NCBI GenBank assembly: GCA_051362555.1
Contig: CM120647.1
Coordinates: 3,286,001 to 3,350,000 of the forward strand
DNA: 64,000 nucleotides
DNA from: Lingula anatina
Lineage: Eukaryota > Animalia > Brachiopoda
Direction of reading: 5' to 3'
Shown: positions 62,101-64,000 of the stretch, piece by piece
Position numbering within the stretch: the first letter of the stretch is position 1
Layout of the letters: each line of letters opens with the position of its first letter
The notes under the pieces: generated by a model
The model's input: the letters and a program-made list of their open reading frames with translations, nothing else
Told to the model about the DNA's origin: nothing
Databases searched by the model: none
Made by a program: the position numbers and the translations under genes

Positions 62101-64000
62101 AATATTAGACAAGATTTGTGAAAATTATTAACGTTTAACTATTTTATACCATAGAATTTGGCAGTCTTTTAAGTGCCATTTTCAGTTTTCTCACATTTAT
62201 TTGCTCTGAAAAATGTTTTTCATGAGACACAGTCAACTGATGAGCTTATCACAGATTTTTATTATTGTTATGCATCATCTGTCCAAATTTCACAAATATT
62301 GGACAAGATTTGTGAAAATTATTAACATTTAACTATTTTAAGGCACCGCATTTGGCAGTCTTTTCAATGTCATTTTGAGTATTTCTCAAATTTATATGTT
62401 CTGAAAATATCCTTTTTATTAGACATAGTCAACTGTTTAGGTTAAGTTTATCAAAATTATTGTTCAACTATTTTAGTGTGGGAAATTTGTCAATTTTTAG
62501 AATTTAATTTTCACTTTTATCAAACATATTGTTATTTTTCCAGGTGACCTTTTCCATACAGCGTGATGGCTTTTTTGGTGAACCGATTCTTCCTGTCTGG
62601 TCAGGGCTAATTCCTATAGAAAAAACAGACAGCAAAAGACAACAGCAAGAGCAATGCTATGTCTCATCCATGTGCACAATAGATGGTATATGGCAAGCTT
62701 TAGGACATTATCAAATGGTGTGCTAAACCCTATTTCAGAAACCGATTGTAAGGAGGAATCTGTATCTGGTATTGGTAGTAAGGAGATGTCTTAAATGGGT
62801 ATATATTCTTTTCCAGAGGAAAATTATGGGTAATTTGTCACCTCTTACACAAACAAACTCAAATCATAATATTTGATGTTTAATGTGAGTCTAATTAGAT
62901 GTTGTGAAATCGAAAAAAAAATATTGTAGATAATTCTCACTCTTTGCATACAAAAAGTCAAACAACTACAATTCTATCACACACTGTCAACTGTTAAGCT
63001 TATCACAGATTTTTGTTATTGTTAAGCATCATCTCTCTAAATTTCACAAATATTGAACAAGTTTTGTGAAAATTATTAACGTTTAACTATTTTCAGGCAC
63101 CGCCTTTTGCAGTCTTCCCAGTGTCATTTTCAATTTTCTCAAATTTATTGTCCAAAAAAATTTTTTTAATGAGACACAGTCAACTGATGAGCTTATCACA
63201 GGATTTTATTGTTGTTATGCATCATCTATCCAAATTTCACAAATATTAGACAAGATTTGTGAAAATTATTAACGTTTAACTATTTTAAGCCATGGAATTT
63301 CGCAGTCTTTGCAATGTCATTTTCAGTTTTCTCACATTTATATGCCGTGAAAAATGTTTTTCATGAGACACAGTCAACTGATGAGCTTATCACAGATTTC
63401 TATTATTGTTATGCATCATCTACCCAAATTTCACAAATATTAGACAAGATTTGTGAAAATTATTAACGTTAAACTATTTTAAGCCATGGAATTTGGCAGT
63501 CATTTCAGTGACATTTTCAGTTTTCTCAATTTTATTGTCCAAAAAAAATCTTTTTCATGAGACACAGTCAACTGATGAGCTAATCACAGATTTTTATTGT
63601 TGTTATGCATCATCTATCCAAATTTCACAAATATTAGACAAGATTTGTGAAAATTATTAACATTTAACTATTTTAAGGCACCGCATTTGGCAGTCTTTTC
63701 AGTGCCATTTGCAGTTTACTCACATTTATTTGCCCTGAAAAATGTTTTACATGGGTCATAGTCAACTGATGAGCTTAACACAGATTTTTATTATTGTTAT
63801 GCATCATCTGTCCAAATTTCACAAATATTGGACAAGATTTGTGAAAATTATTAACATTTAACTATTTTAAGGCACCGCATTTGGCAGTCTTTTCAATGTC
63901 ATTTTGAGTATTTCTCAAATTTATATGTTCTGAAAATATCCTTTTTATTAGACATAGTCAACTGTTTAGCTTAAGTTTATCAAAATTATTGTTCAACTAT
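59140..64000. repeat. ~194-bp satellite with an interspersed ~500-bp unique cassette, forming a 2299-bp higher-order repeat; runs off the window
   Basis: GAGACACAGTCAACTGATGAGCT recurs at 60871, 61065, 61256, 61450, 61643, 61836, 62030 and 62224. The cassette TTCCAGGTGACCTTTTCCATACAGCG... is at 59293, 60239 and 62538. Confidence 0.93.

Overview
This is AT-rich, repeat-dominated eukaryotic DNA. The transposon families point to a marine invertebrate, most likely a mollusc (inference). I found no intact host gene, rRNA, tRNA or CRISPR array. The main structure is a ~15 kb head-to-tail array (about 14.8-29.7 kb) of three nearly identical ~4.9 kb units, with older diverged copies on both sides. 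Each unit holds a decayed Kolobok-type DDD/E transposase (+ strand) converging on a small His-Me-finger (I-PpoI-like His-Cys box) nuclease gene (- strand), which is the gene pair of KolobokP composite-like transposons. The array breakpoints fall inside the nuclease gene, and only the leftmost nuclease copy keeps an uninterrupted catalytic motif. Other content: (1) two copies of a Helentron/HINE element carrying a 146-bp satellite dense in nuclear-receptor half-sites, one interrupted by a Rex/Babar LINE fragment; (2) a second HINE family with ~162-bp repeats; (3) the 3' end and LTR of a BEL/Pao retrotransposon; (4) an intron-containing hAT (ZNF862-like) transposase relic; (5) several MITE families, some with 5-bp TSDs; (6) 30-, 38-, 44-, 46- and 75-bp minisatellites; (7) a 194-bp satellite with a 2.3-kb higher-order repeat at the right end; (8) a small recurrent hairpin motif present five times. 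All family assignments come from motifs read by eye, not from database searches.
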